From: an uncultured Solirubrobacterales bacterium
GTDB taxonomy: Bacteria; Actinomycetota; Thermoleophilia; Solirubrobacterales; Solirubrobacteraceae
Length of the DNA stretch: 64,000 nt
Assembly (NCBI GenBank): GCA_963702085.1
Contig: OY969707.1
Span: 1,071,005-1,135,004 of the forward strand
Direction: 5' to 3'
This document shows, piece by piece, positions 60,675 to 64,000 of the stretch (position 1 is its first letter; each line of letters starts with the position of its first letter). A program made the translations under genes and the position numbers. The notes under the pieces are model-generated. The model was not told where the DNA came from, searched no databases, and worked only from the letters and a program-made list of their open reading frames with translations.

Positions 60675-61129
60675 GGGCCCGTTGGTGGGTCGACCACACC
60701 AGAGACTGCGTGGCCGGTCGCGACGTCGTCGTGGCGGACGGTCTCCGTCAACGAGAACGTCATGCGCACCTCCGTGCGCTCCTCCCCGTCGTGCCCCAAC
60801 TCGACGTTCTCGGTGAGCGACGCGATCAGCGGCAGGCCGAGACCCAGGCCGGGGCTGTCCGGCCGCGGGCCGATGCCGCGGCCCTCGTCGCGCACCACCA
60901 CCCTCAACTCGTCTCCCCACAGGGTCGCGCACACCTCCATCGGGCCCTCCCCGCCATCCGGGTAGGCGTGGACGACCACGTTCGTGCACGCCTCCGTGAC
61001 CGCCAGGCGGACGTCCGAGAGGATCTGCTCGTCGAGCGCGTACGCGTCGCCCAGCGCGCCGAACGCGTGGCGCACGATCGCGATGTTCTCCGCGCGTGCC
61101 GGAAGCGCAAGCTGCATGTCGGGAGTCAT
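60671..61129 (-). CDS. RsbW-like anti-sigma factor / Ser kinase (HATPase_c_2)
   Basis: LAVTEACTNVVVHAY, VRDEGRG, GLGLGLPLI. Confidence 0.9.
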   Translation of the reverse strand: MTPDMQLALPARAENIAIVRHAFGALGDAYALDEQILSDVRLAVTEACTNVVVHAYPDGGEGPMEVCATLWGDELRVVVRDEGRGIGPRPDSPGLGLGLPLIASLTENVELGHDGEERTEVRMTFSLTETVRHDDVATGHAVSGVVDPPTGP

Positions 61130-61458
61130 GGTCGGTCTTGCTTCTCCCTGCTTCTCTGTCTCGGTGGAGGCGCGGTCTCGTCTTGAGTGATGTGCCCTGC
61201 GGGGGCGGTTTTCACACATCGCACCCTCGCCGTCCGTGGTGTACCGCCGTGCCCGCTCCCGCGGGCACCCTACTGAAGGAGCATACGCGAGCACGCGGGC
61301 GGACCTTCTGGAGGGCTGGACGCCTGGACGACGGTGCTTCTCGGCGCCGATTCCGTCCCCAGTCCACTGCTACGCTTCAGCCTCCGCCTCAGGTGCCCTC
61401 ACCGCCTGCACGGACGGTCTGTCCGTGCAGGGGGCACCGTCCTCCCGTGAGCACTTCC

Positions 61459-64000
61459 ATGACTTCGCACACCCGCCAGCCGCCCAAGGCCGTCGGCCTC
61501 TACGACCCCCGTTTCGAGCACGACGCGTGCGGTGTGGGCATGGTGGCGCGGCTGGACAACCGGCCCACCCACGAGGTGATCGCGCAGGCGATCGGCGCCC
61601 TGGAGAACCTCGAGCACCGCGGGGCCTCCGGAGCCGACCCCACGACCGGGGACGGCGCCGGGATCCTCCTGCAGATGCCCGACGAGTTGTTTCGCGCGGT
61701 GCTCGACTTCGACCTGCCCCCGCCCGGGTGCTACGGGGTGCTGATGTGTTTCCTTCCGCTCGACGCTGAGGAGTGCGCGCGTCTGCGCGAGCTGCTCGAG
61801 CGCACCGTCCGCGCCGAGGGCCAGCGCGTGCTCGGCTGGCGCGAGGTGCCCGTCGACCCGGCCTGCACGGGGCGCACCGCCGGCGCCTGCCGCCCCGCGA
61901 TCTGGCAGCTGTTCGTCGGGGCTGGCGCGGGCCTAGCCGGTCCCCCCGGGACGGTGTTTGCCGGTCCGTCCACAGAGGCGCCCGCCGGTACGTCCGACGT
62001 GGTGCGTGCTGGGGCTCCCGAGGGCGCGGCCAGTGAGCCCGACTTCGACCAGGACGCCTTCGAGCGCAAGCTCTTCGTGATCCGCCGCGTCTGCGAGCTC
62101 GACCCCGCCGCCGCGGGCCTGTACGTGACCTCGAGCTCCTCGCGCACCCTCAACTACAAGGGCATGTTGATCTCCCACCAGCTCGGCGGCTTCTACCCCG
62201 ACCTGCGCGACCCGCGCACCCGCAGCGCGCTGGCGCTCGTGCACTCGCGCTTTTCTACCAACACCTTTCCGTCCTGGGAGCTGGCGCACCCCTACCGCGT
62301 GGTCTGCCACAACGGGGAGTTCAACACCGTGATGGGCAACGTCTCCTGGATGCGCGCCCGTGAGTCGGAGCTCCAGTGCGGAGCTGTTCGGCGAGGACCT
62401 CCCCAAGATCCTGCCCGTCGTCAAGCCCGGCGACTCGGACTCCGCAACCTTCGACCGCGTGCTCGAGCTGCTGCTGCTCGCCGGGCGCTCGCTGCCGCAC
62501 GCGGTGATGATGATGATCCCCGAGGCGTTCCGCGAACGGGAGGACCTGCCGCAGGACCTGAAGGGCTTCTACGCCTTCCACTCCTGTCTGATGGAGCCCT
62601 GGGACGGCCCCGCCTCGGTGGCGTTCACCGACGGGCGCGTGATCGGCGCCACGCTCGACCGCAACGGCCTGCGGCCGGGGCGCTGGGTGGAGACAGTCGA
62701 CGGGCTCGTCGTGCTCGGCTCGGAGTGCGGGCTGCTCGACATCGAGCCCGAGCGCGTCCGGCGCCTCGGGCGCCTGCAGCCCGGCAAGCTGTTCCTCGTG
62801 GACCTCGCGCGGGGGTGCATCGTCGAGGACGGCGAGGTCAAGCGTGCCGTCTCCACCCGCCGGCCCTACGGGGAGTGGTTTGTGCGCAACTCCGTGCACT
62901 TCGACGACCTGCCCCCCTCCGAGGCGGTGACGATCTCAGACCAGCCGCTGCACGCCCGCCAGCGCGCCTTCGGCTACACCCAGGAGGACCTGCGGGTGCT
63001 GCTCACTCCGATGGCGCGCGACGGGGCGGAGCCGGTCGGCTCGATGGGCAACGACCTCGCGCTCGCCGTCCTCTCCGACCAGGCCCCGCCGCTGTTCTCC
63101 TACTTCAAGCAGCTCTTCGCGCAGGTCACCAACCCGCCGATCGACCCGATCCGCGAGGAGATCGTGATGAGCCTCGTCACGAGCCTCGGCACCGAGCGCA
63201 ACCTCTTCGACGAGACCCCCGAGCACGCGCACAAGCTGATCCTCCGCCAGCCGATCCTGCTCAACCGCGAGCTCGAGACGCTGCGCCACGTCTCCCACGA
63301 CGAGTTCTCCGCGCAGACCTTCGACACCACCTGGCCCGTCGCCGACGGCGCCGCAGGCATGGTGCGGGCGCTCGAGCGCCTCTGCGCGCAGGTCCACGAG
63401 GCGATCGCGCGCGGCGTCAACATCCTGATTCTCTCCGACCGCTCGCTGGGGCCGCTGCGGGCGCCGATCCCCTCGCTGCTGGCGGTCTCCGCCGTGCACC
63501 ACCACCTCGTGCGCGAAGGCACCCGCCTGCGCGCCGGGATCGTGCTGGAGTCGGGCGAGCCGCGCGAGGTGCACCACTTCGCGACGCTGATCGGCTACGG
63601 GGTGTGCGCCGTCAACCCCTACCTGCTGCTCGAGACGCTCGACGAGCTCGCCTTCCGGGGCTTGATCGAGCGCCCCGCGAACGGGTCCGCTGCCGCGACG
63701 CTCACCTCCGAGGAGGCCTCGCAGAACGTCGTCCGAGGCGATCGGCAAAGGGCTGCTCAAGACGATCTCCAAGATGGGCATCTCCACGATCCAGTCCTAC
63801 CGCACCGCGCAGATCTTCGAGGCCGTCGGGCTCTCGCGCGAGCTGATCGACCGCCACTTCACCGGCACCGCCTCGCGGATCGGCGGGGTCGGCCTGCCCG
63901 AGTTGGCCGTGGAGGCGCTGGAGCGCCACGCTCGCGGGTGGGCGGGCTCCGCCGCCGGCGACCTGCTCCCGGTGGGCGGGGTGTACGCGTGGCGGCGCGA
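61459..64000 (+). CDS. gltB: Glutamate synthase large subunit, 3' partial, with apparent +1 frameshifts at about 62378 and 63734
   Basis: EHDACGVG, HSRFSTNTFPSW, HNGEFNT; next frame MEPWDGPA, LDRNGLRP, FAQVTNPPIDPIRE; third frame SKMGISTIQSY. Confidence 0.93.

Noticed and set aside
61459-64000. gltB as a true pseudogene
   Set aside because: Motifs are intact in all three frame segments with no other decay, so sequencing error is more likely.

Overview
High-GC actinobacterial chromosome segment; the gene content and the six-MCE locus suggest Thermoleophilia/Solirubrobacterales (inference). The backbone carries a MacB-type permease, an SQR-like oxidoreductase, a sugar ABC importer divergent from galT-galK, GAF-HD-GYP, acyl-CoA dehydrogenase, six MCE genes with an embedded lytic transglycosylase, a class B PBP, MarP protease, topB, addB/addA-like genes, a SigB/F-type sigma factor, Ku, anti-sigma factors and the 5' part of gltB. 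There are three intact VapBC-type TA pairs and two or three TA pairs with broken toxins. The best candidate for an undescribed system is an accessory block between topB and addB (about 43.7-51.2 kb). It holds a type II-like R-M pair divergent from a tight four-gene operon: SAM methyltransferase, unknown-domain/PNP nucleosidase fusion (split by a 1-nt loss in a G run), HD phosphohydrolase and a YqcI/YcgG-family protein. This may be a nucleotide-depleting or nucleoside-analogue-making defence module. At least six apparent single-base frameshifts suggest assembly indel errors, so split or fused ORFs need caution. No rRNA, tRNA, CRISPR array, integrase or transposase was recognised. All family calls are by eye from motifs; no searches were run.
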